Notes: a model not told the origin generated them from the letters alone. A stretch of DNA of 64,000 bases from a virus (IMGVR_UViG_3300025924_000017:32001-96000), one strand, 5' to 3'; counted from the stretch's first letter, positions 54,186 through 63,128 are shown. Numbers and translations: made by a program.

Positions 54186-54599
54186 ATGACCGTCCAAGTC
54201 GCGTTTGCTGGGGCAGTCCAGATCGACGTCCTCGGCTGGATCGCGGGCACGGACATGCCCGCCGCCCCGTCTTCGGTCAAGTTCGGATTGCTCACAGCGA
54301 TCCCGACGCACGACGGCGTCACGCTGCATGAGTTGAGCGGCAACGGCTATGCGCGACAGACTGTGACGTTCGGATCGGTGTCAACCGATAATACGAACCG
54401 CATCTCATCCATGTCCAACACGAACGCCATCATCTTCGGCCCGTCCACGGCCGACTGGGCGGCCGTCACGTATGGCGCATACTTCGACGGCACGACCGGC
54501 GACATGCTCGCCTACGGCGCGCTCGCCACGCCGCGCACCGCGCCAAACGGCGACACGATTTCTTTCGGCGCAGGCGCTCTGCAACTCCGCCTCCAATAA
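54186..54599 (+). CDS. fibre-associated structural protein
   Basis: GNGYARQ.VTF...N...I.F...TADW..VT..A..D..TG..L; common tail/fibre adaptor family. Confidence 0.75.
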   Translation: MTVQVAFAGAVQIDVLGWIAGTDMPAAPSSVKFGLLTAIPTHDGVTLHELSGNGYARQTVTFGSVSTDNTNRISSMSNTNAIIFGPSTADWAAVTYGAYFDGTTGDMLAYGALATPRTAPNGDTISFGAGALQLRLQ

Positions 54600-54614
54600 T
54601 CTTCGAGGACCGCT

Positions 54615-57600
54615 GTGGACCATAAAGCCCGCTGCGGTATGACCATGCGGGGGACGGTGATTGCCGTCCCGTCGCAAAAACATGAGTCTTCGCTGGCGAT
54701 CACCGCCGCGAGCGACGCGACCTTTGACGGTTACGTTGGCAAGTCCGCATCTGCGACCATCACAGCCGTCGCCGTTGGCCTCGACGATACGAAGCCCTTC
54801 CCAAATCCTAAGGCCATCGCCTATGCGACCGATCCGGTCGGTGACCTCGTCATCACCGGCGCCGCCGTTCCGAACGCTTACACCGGCGCCCTGACGACGG
54901 CTCTTGAGTTCGACCGGGGCGATGGTACTGGTGGCGGTGGCGGCGGGTCTGGCGTCGCGGGCGAATGGCTGGGCGCTTGGTCGAACACCACGTCGTATGT
55001 TGCGACCAACCTCGTCCAGCGCAGCGGTTCTTCGTATATCGCACTCGTCGATAACTCCGGCGTCGATCCGGCGACGGACGATGGAACACACTGGGACCTC
55101 GTAGCGCAAAAAGGTAGCACGGGCGCGACCGGTGCTACCGGTGCCACAGGCCCGCAAGGACCCGCCGGTGCAGACGGCGCGGACGGCGCAGGCTTTGTGT
55201 GGCAGGACGCGTGGTCGTCCGGCACCACCTATCACGAGAACGACATCGTCTCCTCCGGCGGCTCGTCTTATATCTGCATCGACACGACGAGCATCAGCGA
55301 CCCCCCCGCGTCTTCGCCCTTGAAGTGGAGCTTGCTCGCGCAGAAGGGTTCCAAAGGCGATACGGGGAACACCGGTGCGACTGGTCCGGCGGGTGCAGAC
55401 GGCCCCGCAGGTGCGGACGGAAAGACCATCCGCAGCGGCTCTGGCGCACCGTCCTCCGGACTGGGAGTCGATGGCGACTTCTACATCGATTCAAGCGCGC
55501 ATGCGATCTACGGCCCCAAAGCTTCAGGCTCATGGGGTGCATCGACTCCCCTCATAGGCGCAACAGGCGCCACCGGCTCCGCAGGAACGGACGGCAAGAC
55601 GATCCGTAGTGGATCGGGTGTGCCTTCTTCGGGCTTCGGCGTCGATGGCGACTTCTACATCGACACCGCCGCGACCGCGATCTACGGCCCGAAGACATCG
55701 GGCGCGTGGGGTTCGTCTACGCCACTCATTGGCCCCACCGGCCCTACCGGAGCCACGGGCGCGACCGGACCGGCAGGCACCGATGGTAAGACGATCCGCA
55801 GTGGTTCCGGTGTGCCATCTTCAGGCCTCGGCGTCGATGGCGACTTTTATATCGACACGACTGCCAATGCGCTCTACGGGCCAAAGACCTCCGGCGCGTG
55901 GGGATCGTCCACATCGCTAATCGGCCCAGCGGGAGCAACCGGCGCCACCGGAGCCACGGGCGCGACCGGAGCCGCCGGTGCTGATGGAAAAACCATCCGC
56001 AGCGGTTCTGGCGTTCCATCATCAGGCCTCGGCGTCGATGGTGACTTCTATGTCGATACGACCGCGCACGCGATCTATGGTCCGAAAACTTCAGGTGCTT
56101 GGGGGTCGTCAACTTCACTGATTGGACCGACCGGAGCCACTGGCGCAACCGGATCGGCGGGCGCAGCCGGTGCGGACGGTAAGACAGTTCGCAGTGGTTC
56201 GGGTGCTCCGTCGTCAGGGCTGGGCGTCGATGGCGACTTCTACATCGATACAACCGCCGACGCGATCTACGGCCCCAAGACTGCGGGCGCGTGGGGATCG
56301 GGCACATCGCTTGTTGGAGCCACTGGCGCGACCGGAGCCACAGGCGCGACCGGAGCGACGGGAGCCGCAGGCCAAGGCTTCACAAATCGCGGCGCATGGA
56401 TCACGGGCACGACATACGCTGCCTACGATGTCGTGACCGATGGTGGTCAGACCTTTCTCTGCACGACCGGCCTGACGAGTTCGACAGCCCCCGCGTCCGA
56501 TCCGACTCACTTCCTCCTCTGGGCGCAAAAAGGTGCGGCGGGAACCAATGGCACCAACGGTACCAATGGTACCAACGGTCAGGGCTTCACGAATCGTGGG
56601 GCGTGGGTCACAGGCACGACCTATTCCGCTTATGATGTGGTGACTGACGGCGGTCAGACATTCCTCTGTACGACCGGCCTGACGAGTTCGACAGCGCCCG
56701 CTTCCGATCCGACTCACTTTCTCCTCTGGGCGCAAGCCGGTGCGACCGGAGCCACAGGTGCGACCGGATCGACTGGTGCAACCGGCGCGACCGGACCCGG
56801 TGTCGCGACAGGCGGCTCGGCGAACCAAGCACTCACGAAAATCGACGGAACGAATTTCAATACCCAGTGGGGTGGCGTGATTGCGTTGCCCTCCGGACTC
56901 GTGAATGCGCCATCGATCTATTGGAATACAAACGATGGACTTTACTCTCCGGTTACGGGCGCATTCAGCGGGGCAATCGGAGGCGCCGAGCGTCTTCGTC
57001 TGACGAATACCGCGCTCCAACTGAACTCCATCCAAACAACGCCGACATCGACCTCCCAATCCACCACATTGTTTGCCCCGTTCCTTCAAGTGAACGGCAC
57101 GACCAATGCCTCAGCTTCAGAACTCATTGCGCGGTGGAGCGCCAATGCCGTTCCTCCGGGATTGTACTTTGCAAAATCTCGCGGCGCGGCTGTCGGCACA
57201 CACGCTCAGGTTTCGCTTGCCGATCCTTGCGGCTATCTCGCTTTTGCTGGCTCTGACGGAACGAACTTCGTCGATCTTGGGCATGTTGGTGTTGAAGTTT
57301 CCGGTGTCCCCACTTCTGGCGCGGGCTCTGGACGTTTCTTCGTCGAACTCTCGAATGCCTCGGGCACGCCCTCTCGTGTTTTCTCGGTCGAAGCAGACAG
57401 CACGATCAAACTTAACAACCAAGTTCGTTTCCGCCCCAACACCACGGCGCAAATCCTGCTCGGCAAGCTCGCGTCTACGCCTTCGACTGCGCTGACCACA
57501 CTTGTCACGGGCGTGTACGACCAACTCAGCGCCGCTGGCCTCCTTTCGAAACTTCTCGGCCTCTGGGTTCACGCACTCCCCGCGCAGGCGGACGCACTGC

Positions 57601-58604
57601 TCGATTGGATCGGGACCCATAATCTCACGATCACCGGAACACCGGTCTTCACCGCGAACAAGGGTTTCACGGGAGACGGATCGACGGCACTCCTCAATTG
57701 TCCTGTGAGCTTGATCGCCCTTGGATCGTTGCAGGACAGTACGTCTGCGGGCACGTATGTCTTGACGGCTTCCGCTTCCGCTGCGGCCGTTATTGGCATG
57801 AACAATGCGCAGACGCGTCGTACCTATTTGCAGTCAGCGACGAGCGGTGCGCTCGCAGTGCGGTGTAACGACCAGACGGCAGGTGATACGTTCACGCCGA
57901 CGCGTTACACCGGCATGTTCTGCATCACGCGTAACGCGAGTACCGGTTTCACAGCAGGCGTCGATGACATCGCTGCCGCTACCATCACCCGCGCGAGCCT
58001 TGCACAGAACGCCATCCCTTGCTTCCTCGGTACCACTGATTCCACCGGCAGCGAATTCTCTACGGCTCAGATCGCCTTCTCGTTCCTCGGCTTGGGCTTG
58101 AGTTCGACCGACATCGCAAACCTGCGCGCGATCATGGTGGACTATTTCCTCGTGGGTGTCGGCGCGATCACACCGACCGTAGTGAACTTGCCGCCCGCAC
58201 TGAATTTCAAGGCGCAGACCTTTTACGTCGGCGATCTCGGCGGTGGTGGCGCACTGATCCAGTCCGATGGCGTGAGTTGGTCACGCGTCGGATCGAGTTA
58301 CGAGGAGCAAACGGCCGACGCGGACAAGACACTCGTGAGTCTCACGAACGCCGAACATCAGAACTTTACCGCAACCATCACGGCAAATCGCACTGTCACG
58401 CTCCAGACCACGGACGCCAAAGGCACGACCGTCAAGAAAGGCGCGCGCTTCGTCATCCGGAACAGCGGATCGGGTGCCTTCACCTTCACGATCAAAGACG
58501 GCAGTGGTGGTACTCTACTGACGGTTCCAGTCTCGACGGCAAAATCCGCGCTCTGTGTGTTCAACGGAACGGCGTGGGCCTTGATGCAGGACGGCGCGAT
58601 CTAA
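54615..58604 (+). CDS. long collagen-like fibre protein with modular repeats
   Basis: GXY runs; 5x DGKTIRSGSG..SSGLGVDGDFYID..A.AIYGPK..GAWG; 4x W...T.Y...D.V...G..Y/F.C...W.L.AQ modules. Confidence 0.9.
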   Translation: MDHKARCGMTMRGTVIAVPSQKHESSLAITAASDATFDGYVGKSASATITAVAVGLDDTKPFPNPKAIAYATDPVGDLVITGAAVPNAYTGALTTALEFDRGDGTGGGGGGSGVAGEWLGAWSNTTSYVATNLVQRSGSSYIALVDNSGVDPATDDGTHWDLVAQKGSTGATGATGATGPQGPAGADGADGAGFVWQDAWSSGTTYHENDIVSSGGSSYICIDTTSISDPPASSPLKWSLLAQKGSKGDTGNTGATGPAGADGPAGADGKTIRSGSGAPSSGLGVDGDFYIDSSAHAIYGPKASGSWGASTPLIGATGATGSAGTDGKTIRSGSGVPSSGFGVDGDFYIDTAATAIYGPKTSGAWGSSTPLIGPTGPTGATGATGPAGTDGKTIRSGSGVPSSGLGVDGDFYIDTTANALYGPKTSGAWGSSTSLIGPAGATGATGATGATGAAGADGKTIRSGSGVPSSGLGVDGDFYVDTTAHAIYGPKTSGAWGSSTSLIGPTGATGATGSAGAAGADGKTVRSGSGAPSSGLGVDGDFYIDTTADAIYGPKTAGAWGSGTSLVGATGATGATGATGATGAAGQGFTNRGAWITGTTYAAYDVVTDGGQTFLCTTGLTSSTAPASDPTHFLLWAQKGAAGTNGTNGTNGTNGQGFTNRGAWVTGTTYSAYDVVTDGGQTFLCTTGLTSSTAPASDPTHFLLWAQAGATGATGATGSTGATGATGPGVATGGSANQALTKIDGTNFNTQWGGVIALPSGLVNAPSIYWNTNDGLYSPVTGAFSGAIGGAERLRLTNTALQLNSIQTTPTSTSQSTTLFAPFLQVNGTTNASASELIARWSANAVPPGLYFAKSRGAAVGTHAQVSLADPCGYLAFAGSDGTNFVDLGHVGVEVSGVPTSGAGSGRFFVELSNASGTPSRVFSVEADSTIKLNNQVRFRPNTTAQILLGKLASTPSTALTTLVTGVYDQLSAAGLLSKLLGLWVHALPAQADALLDWIGTHNLTITGTPVFTANKGFTGDGSTALLNCPVSLIALGSLQDSTSAGTYVLTASASAAAVIGMNNAQTRRTYLQSATSGALAVRCNDQTAGDTFTPTRYTGMFCITRNASTGFTAGVDDIAAATITRASLAQNAIPCFLGTTDSTGSEFSTAQIAFSFLGLGLSSTDIANLRAIMVDYFLVGVGAITPTVVNLPPALNFKAQTFYVGDLGGGGALIQSDGVSWSRVGSSYEEQTADADKTLVSLTNAEHQNFTATITANRTVTLQTTDAKGTTVKKGARFVIRNSGSGAFTFTIKDGSGGTLLTVPVSTAKSALCVFNGTAWALMQDGAI

Positions 58605-58838
58605 CATTTGTGTGTCCTCGTTTGGGACGCCAATTATTAAAACGTAACACATATCGCTAAAAAGTCGCAGTGTACGACACACTGCCTTGACTTGCCGGAT
58701 TTCCCGGAGTAACTGTCATTCGTTGTATGGCAACTCAGAGGAGATTCCACGATATTCGCCCGGCGATCAGTCCTTTCAGGCATCCTCGCGCTCCCAGCGC
58801 TCCGTGCAAACGCCAAACACCTACGCGGCAAGAACCGA

Positions 58839-60242
58839 ATGGGTAACGGCTATCGCGTGCACGCCTACGCGGGCCAGTCCAATGAGGTTGGCTACGGGCT
58901 CGGGAATGCGAGCTTAAGCAGCGTCGCGTGCGACTCGCGCATCGTCCAGATCGGACGCGGCAGCAGCGACATGCAAATCATCGGCATCACGAATGAGCTT
59001 GAGTACTGGCCTTCGGTCGGTCAAGCACATGGATGCAATCCTTCGGTTGCGCGGTATTGGGCCGCAAACTATCTCGCAGATGGAGATACGCTCGGCATCG
59101 TCCCGGCGGCACATGGCGAGACTTCAATCCTTCAATGGCTTCAACTTGTTCCGGATGGCCTCAACCTCTACGACGATATGGCGGCGCGGATACGCGTCTA
59201 CCTCTCGCAGCCCGGTAACAATACCGTTGACCTGCTGACGATGCAGTTGGGCGAGTTGGATTGCACGATCATCGGCGATCCAACGCACAAGTGGAATTAT
59301 TTGCTCCCGGATGTCGATACGTGGCATGCCCGCATGCTGGATTTCATCGACAAGTTTCGGGCCGACTTCGGGGTCGTGCCCTTCGTTCTCTCGAAGCTTT
59401 CGCCGCTCTGGAATCCACCCGCGAAGGCTGGCATCGAAGCGGCGATGGATACGATCCAGACCGAGCGCGCTTTCGTCCAAACGGTAACGACGAAGTATTC
59501 GCTCCTGAATGGGTCCGTCGCCACAGGCAAAGGCTTTGCTCATTTCGCCGCGCAGGGTCAAGAGATGCAGGCGATGCGCCGCATTCTGGCGGCGTCTACG
59601 CTAATCAACGGCACCCCATACTTCTCACCGAACGGTCTGGTCAACGGCGCTTTCGATGCGTGGAGTAACGGTACGTGCTTTCCTCTCGCACCGTCTACGC
59701 CGACACCCATCGCGGACTATTGGGTCGCCTGCCGCAACAATGCAGGGAACGCCACGATATCACGTCAGGCCGGATTCAACGGCTCGGCCTATTGTACTCG
59801 CATCCAACGCAATCAAGGCACGGCGGATAGCCAGACCATAAGTATCTTCCAGCGTATCCCGGACAGCGTGGCGGCGTCGTGGGCAGGCAAGACCGTAACG
59901 ATTGCCTACGACATGCGTCTCGGCGCAAACTTCTCCGGTTATGCTGGGCGATTCCGCTCGGCGATATGCACGGCAGGCGGCAGTGGCGAATCGTTCAACT
60001 ACCTGACCCGCTCGTTTCAATCCGCCACGGCGATCAGTCAGCAATATGCGAATGTGCCGTATTCGACTCCTGCGCGCTGGTTCAACACATTCGATGTACC
60101 GGTCGGTTGCGGGGAATTGGCGCTCCAGTTGAACTGGGCGCCCGATCCGTCGTTGGGTGCGGCCGGTGCAGCGGATTACGCCGATCTCGGTGCGGTCTGG
60201 TTTGCGCAAGGCGTCGTTCCGATGGGGCTGAGCACGTCATAA
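58839..60242 (+). CDS. SASA/SGNH O-acetylesterase with C-terminal CBM-like domain
   Basis: YAGQSN, AHGETSI..W, MQLGELD, HF; VNGAFD.W CBM-like C-terminus. Confidence 0.75.
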   Translation: MGNGYRVHAYAGQSNEVGYGLGNASLSSVACDSRIVQIGRGSSDMQIIGITNELEYWPSVGQAHGCNPSVARYWAANYLADGDTLGIVPAAHGETSILQWLQLVPDGLNLYDDMAARIRVYLSQPGNNTVDLLTMQLGELDCTIIGDPTHKWNYLLPDVDTWHARMLDFIDKFRADFGVVPFVLSKLSPLWNPPAKAGIEAAMDTIQTERAFVQTVTTKYSLLNGSVATGKGFAHFAAQGQEMQAMRRILAASTLINGTPYFSPNGLVNGAFDAWSNGTCFPLAPSTPTPIADYWVACRNNAGNATISRQAGFNGSAYCTRIQRNQGTADSQTISIFQRIPDSVAASWAGKTVTIAYDMRLGANFSGYAGRFRSAICTAGGSGESFNYLTRSFQSATAISQQYANVPYSTPARWFNTFDVPVGCGELALQLNWAPDPSLGAAGAADYADLGAVWFAQGVVPMGLSTS

Positions 60243-60347
60243 AGCATGCGGCGGCCTCCTATTTGCCGCAATCCACGGCCGGATAGTCGTAAATCTTGAC
60301 ACACGTTTCCGGACGCGTTAGGGTCCCCTCCTGAAATCGAGGACCCC

Positions 60348-60611
60348 ATGACCGAACGCAAGCGCGTTTACGACCCGGACGGCCAACCTTTCGACGTACC
60401 CGTCGCGAAGGCAGCCGATCTCGTGTTGTATCATGGCTGGAGCCAAACGCCCCTCGATCCGGACGCCGTCCCGGCTGTGACGACCGTCGAGCCCGAACGA
60501 GGTACGCGCACCATTGACGAGAATTCGTCGATGGAAGATTGGCGTTACTCCGAAGTCGGGCGCGAAGAGGTCGATGAGCCGGGTCCCCGGCGTCGGAAAT
60601 CCAAGACCTAA
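60348..60611 (+). CDS. hypothetical protein
   Basis: TTGACA promoter ~60296; RBS gagga. Confidence 0.7.
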   Translation: MTERKRVYDPDGQPFDVPVAKAADLVLYHGWSQTPLDPDAVPAVTTVEPERGTRTIDENSSMEDWRYSEVGREEVDEPGPRRRKSKT

Positions 60612-60617
60612 GGTTAC

Positions 60618-61145
60618 ATGCCCCGAACTCTGATCGTGAACGCGCTGGCAGGCCCCGGCGCGGGCAAGAGCACTTTGGCTTACGGCCTGATCGCTATGCT
60701 CAAGAGCAAGGGACATCGCGCCGAGTATGTCCCGGAGTTCGCGAAGGAGCTTACCTATCAGCGGGACTTCGTAGCCCTCGCCAATCAGCATGAGGTTACG
60801 AAGGAGCAGGACAGACGCCTGCGCGATCTACTGGGGCAAGTGGATATCGTCGTACACGACACTGCTTTGCCGTTGGCCCTTGTTTATTGCTCCGTGTCAT
60901 ATCGGCAGCCGTGGTTCGAACGCAGGGTGTGGGAGTTGTTCGACAGCTACCGCAATTTCAACGTCTTCGTGACGCGGAAGAAGCAATATCAGACGTACGG
61001 ACGTAAAGAGTCCGAAGCGGAAGCACATGAATTGGATGATCGCATCCTGCAACTGTTCGAAGGTCGTATCGATCTCACAGTGGAAGGGAACGATCAAGCA
61101 GTGGAGAGAGTTTACGCAGCGCTCATGGCGCTGCCGAAAGAGTAA
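60618..61145 (+). CDS. P-loop AAA_28/NadR-like kinase
   Basis: AGPGAGKST, EYVPEFAKE, VHDT.L. Confidence 0.8.
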   Translation: MPRTLIVNALAGPGAGKSTLAYGLIAMLKSKGHRAEYVPEFAKELTYQRDFVALANQHEVTKEQDRRLRDLLGQVDIVVHDTALPLALVYCSVSYRQPWFERRVWELFDSYRNFNVFVTRKKQYQTYGRKESEAEAHELDDRILQLFEGRIDLTVEGNDQAVERVYAALMALPKE

Positions 61146-61148
61146 AGT

Positions 61149-61224
61149 ACCGGTTTAGCTCAGCGGTAGAGCGGTGGTCTCCAAAACCACGTCTGCGGAG
61201 GTTCGATCCCTTCAACCGGTGCCA
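61149..61224 (+). tRNA. tRNA-Trp(CCA)
   Basis: accggtt/aaccggt acceptor; gtggt-ctCCAaa-accac; TTCGATC; G73-CCA. Confidence 0.92.
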
Positions 61225-61339
61225 GATTGCGAGTGTGTGGGGACGCACAGAGTCGTGCCTCGCCGGGACGACGGCCAGAAATGGATCACGAGTGCACGAG
61301 CGGGCTGATACCGCCACGTTGCTCCGGCCTCGCAAAGCT

Positions 61340-61414
61340 ATCGGTGTAGCTCAGTGGTAGAGCGGCGGCTTCCAATCCCGCGCGTCGGTGGTTCGATTCC
61401 ATCCACCTTTGCCA
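61340..61414 (+). tRNA. degenerate tRNA-Trp(CCA)-like gene
   Basis: canonical D and T arms, G73-CCA, ttCCAat loop; acceptor mismatched or with a 6-nt insertion. Confidence 0.55.
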
Positions 61415-61502
61415 ACTTGACGGCCCGTGAAAACGGTGACCGCCGCCCCGGGGGCAACCCCTCGAAGTACAAGAGACACGTATAGTCTCCGGGGAGAAAT
61501 AC

Positions 61503-61576
61503 GCGGGTCTGGTCTAGTGGCTGGGCCTCGGAGTGCCACTCCGATGAAGTCGGTTCGATCCCGGCGACCCGCACCA
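61503..61576 (+). tRNA. tRNA-Gly(GCC)
   Basis: gcgggtc/gacccgc; tcgga-gtGCCac-tccga; CCA. Confidence 0.85.
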
Positions 61577-61580
61577 AATT

Positions 61581-61657
61581 GCGGCTGTCATTGATAATAG
61601 GCAGTCAGCCAGCCTTCCAAGCTGGAAGTACCGGATCGTCCCCGGTCAGCCGCTCCA
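61581..61657 (+). tRNA. tRNA-Gly(TCC), atypical T-loop
   Basis: gcggctg/cagccgc; ccagc-ctTCCaa-gctgg; T-loop atcgtcc; U73-CCA. Confidence 0.8.
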
Positions 61658-61856
61658 TTGTGTGCCGGTGTCTCTTGCTTCGGCGCGTGCGGTCTAGCCG
61701 ATCTGCACGGCCCTATGTTACGCACCGCTCCCTGCCCATCCACGCTCCGCAAGGCTTTACGGCGGTCGGTGTGGAATGGGTTCGCTGGAGGGGAGGCGCT
61801 GGACGGCCCAGCAGGGGAGGCGTGGGCAACGTCAGCCGCAAAATCTTCGAGGATCG

Positions 61857-62495
61857 ATGTCACACTACCCCAACTTCGGTATTCCTGCCGTCTACGTCGA
61901 TCCAAGCATCGTCAGCTTCACGGCGACACCGGCGCTCGCCGAGTTGGGCAGCACCGTCGATAGCGTTGTCCTCCGCTGGGACATCGCGAAGCAGCCGCTC
62001 TCGCTAATCGTTGACGGCGCAACGCTACCGCTGAACACACTACTCGTCACCAAAGAAGGCCCATTCACGACCAACCAGTCTTGGTCGATGAAAGCAGGCG
62101 ACGCCGAAGAGACGTTGACCGCGAAGACGACTCTTCAATTCGTCAACAAGCTCTACTCCGGTTTTGTCACCAGCGCGCCGACCAACAGCGCCGGTATTCT
62201 TGCGCTCGAAAACAGCACACTCAGCACCACACGCCAGTCGTCCGCGCAGATTGGCGCGCCAGCCGGTAAAGTTTGGTGCTACGCATATCCGAAGCGTCTC
62301 GGCACTGTGAAGATCGCGCGCGAAATTCCGAGCGGCGTGTGGGTGCCGACGACGTTGACCCAGAGCATGGTGTCCGGTACCGACTACACTGTCAGCGTCG
62401 TGTCATTCACGAATGCCTCCGGTTATACCGAGGATTATAACGTCGTGACCTTCAGCAATCCGCAGCCTGACAACACCGTGCTGACCTTCGGTTAG
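61857..62495 (+). CDS. beta-rich putative virion protein
   Basis: Thr/Ser-rich Ig-like sequence with YAYPKRLG motif; RBS gagga. Confidence 0.75.
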   Translation: MSHYPNFGIPAVYVDPSIVSFTATPALAELGSTVDSVVLRWDIAKQPLSLIVDGATLPLNTLLVTKEGPFTTNQSWSMKAGDAEETLTAKTTLQFVNKLYSGFVTSAPTNSAGILALENSTLSTTRQSSAQIGAPAGKVWCYAYPKRLGTVKIAREIPSGVWVPTTLTQSMVSGTDYTVSVVSFTNASGYTEDYNVVTFSNPQPDNTVLTFG

Positions 62496-62669
62496 CACAT
62501 AATCGTTGACAATACCGCCGCGATGTGCGACAACCCCAATATGACGACTGTTCTTACCACGTCTGTCCTTCTTTCTCCCCGTGAGCTTGAACGCTCGACG
62601 GGTCGAGATATGCACGTCGTCGCCTAAACGGCACGACGTAAACTCCGCCCGTCCGAACTCAGCTTCTAT

Positions 62670-62745
62670 CCGGGCATCTTACTATCAGCGAAGTGGACGG
62701 GCTTTCAACCCGTAGAGCCGGGGGCAGCACCCGGTGTCCGGACCA
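62670..62745 (+). tRNA. tRNA-Glu(TTC), atypical T-loop
   Basis: ccgggca/tgtccgg; acggg-ctTTCaa-cccgt; T-loop ggcagca; CCA. Confidence 0.8.
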
Positions 62746-62746
62746 T

Positions 62747-62822
62747 GCAAGATTCGTCTAGCGGTCTAGGATACTGGAACCTCACTCCAGTGACATCGGT
62801 TCAAATCCGTTATCTTGCGCCA
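62747..62822 (+). tRNA. tRNA-Glu(CTC)
   Basis: gcaagat/atcttgc; ctgga-acCTCac-tccag (C33); TTCAAAT; G73-CCA. Confidence 0.8.
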
Positions 62823-62863
62823 AGCTGATCTCGATCCACCATCATCCGTACACTGAATAACTC

Positions 62864-62940
62864 GGGCGTGTAGCCGTCTGGTTGACGGCACCGGCTTGTC
62901 AAGCCGCCAGAGGCGAGTTCAATTCTCGTCACGCCCGCCA
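62864..62940 (+). tRNA. tRNA-Asp(GTC)
   Basis: gggcgtg/cacgccc; ttGTCaa loop; G73-CCA. Confidence 0.88.
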
Positions 62941-62941
62941 C

Positions 62942-63016
62942 GGTCTGTTCGTCTACCAGCTAGGATACTCGCCTGTCACGCGGGAGGAACGGGGGCAGCA
63001 CCCGTACAGATCGCCA
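62942..63016 (+). tRNA. tRNA-Asp(GTC), atypical T-loop
   Basis: ggtctgt/acagatc; ctGTCac loop; T-loop ggcagca; G73-CCA. Confidence 0.82.
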
Positions 63017-63128
63017 CCTGTCATGGAAATTATGTTTCATGACACGGCCGTAACGTCGCAATTCTTGACTATGATGTCGCAAAGCGCGACAATTCTTGCT
63101 TCCCACAAATTTCCATCGGACTACGACA

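Noticed and set aside
55100-56800. Fibre repeats as DGR or CRISPR-like nucleotide repeats
   Set aside because: The repeats are in-frame protein modules with synonymous divergence. There is no reverse transcriptase or adenine-specific TR/VR pattern.
61420-61500. Hammerhead or other known ribozyme in the tRNA spacers or in 21590-21712
   Set aside because: The conserved CUGANGA core was not found, so these are kept only as generic structured-RNA candidates.
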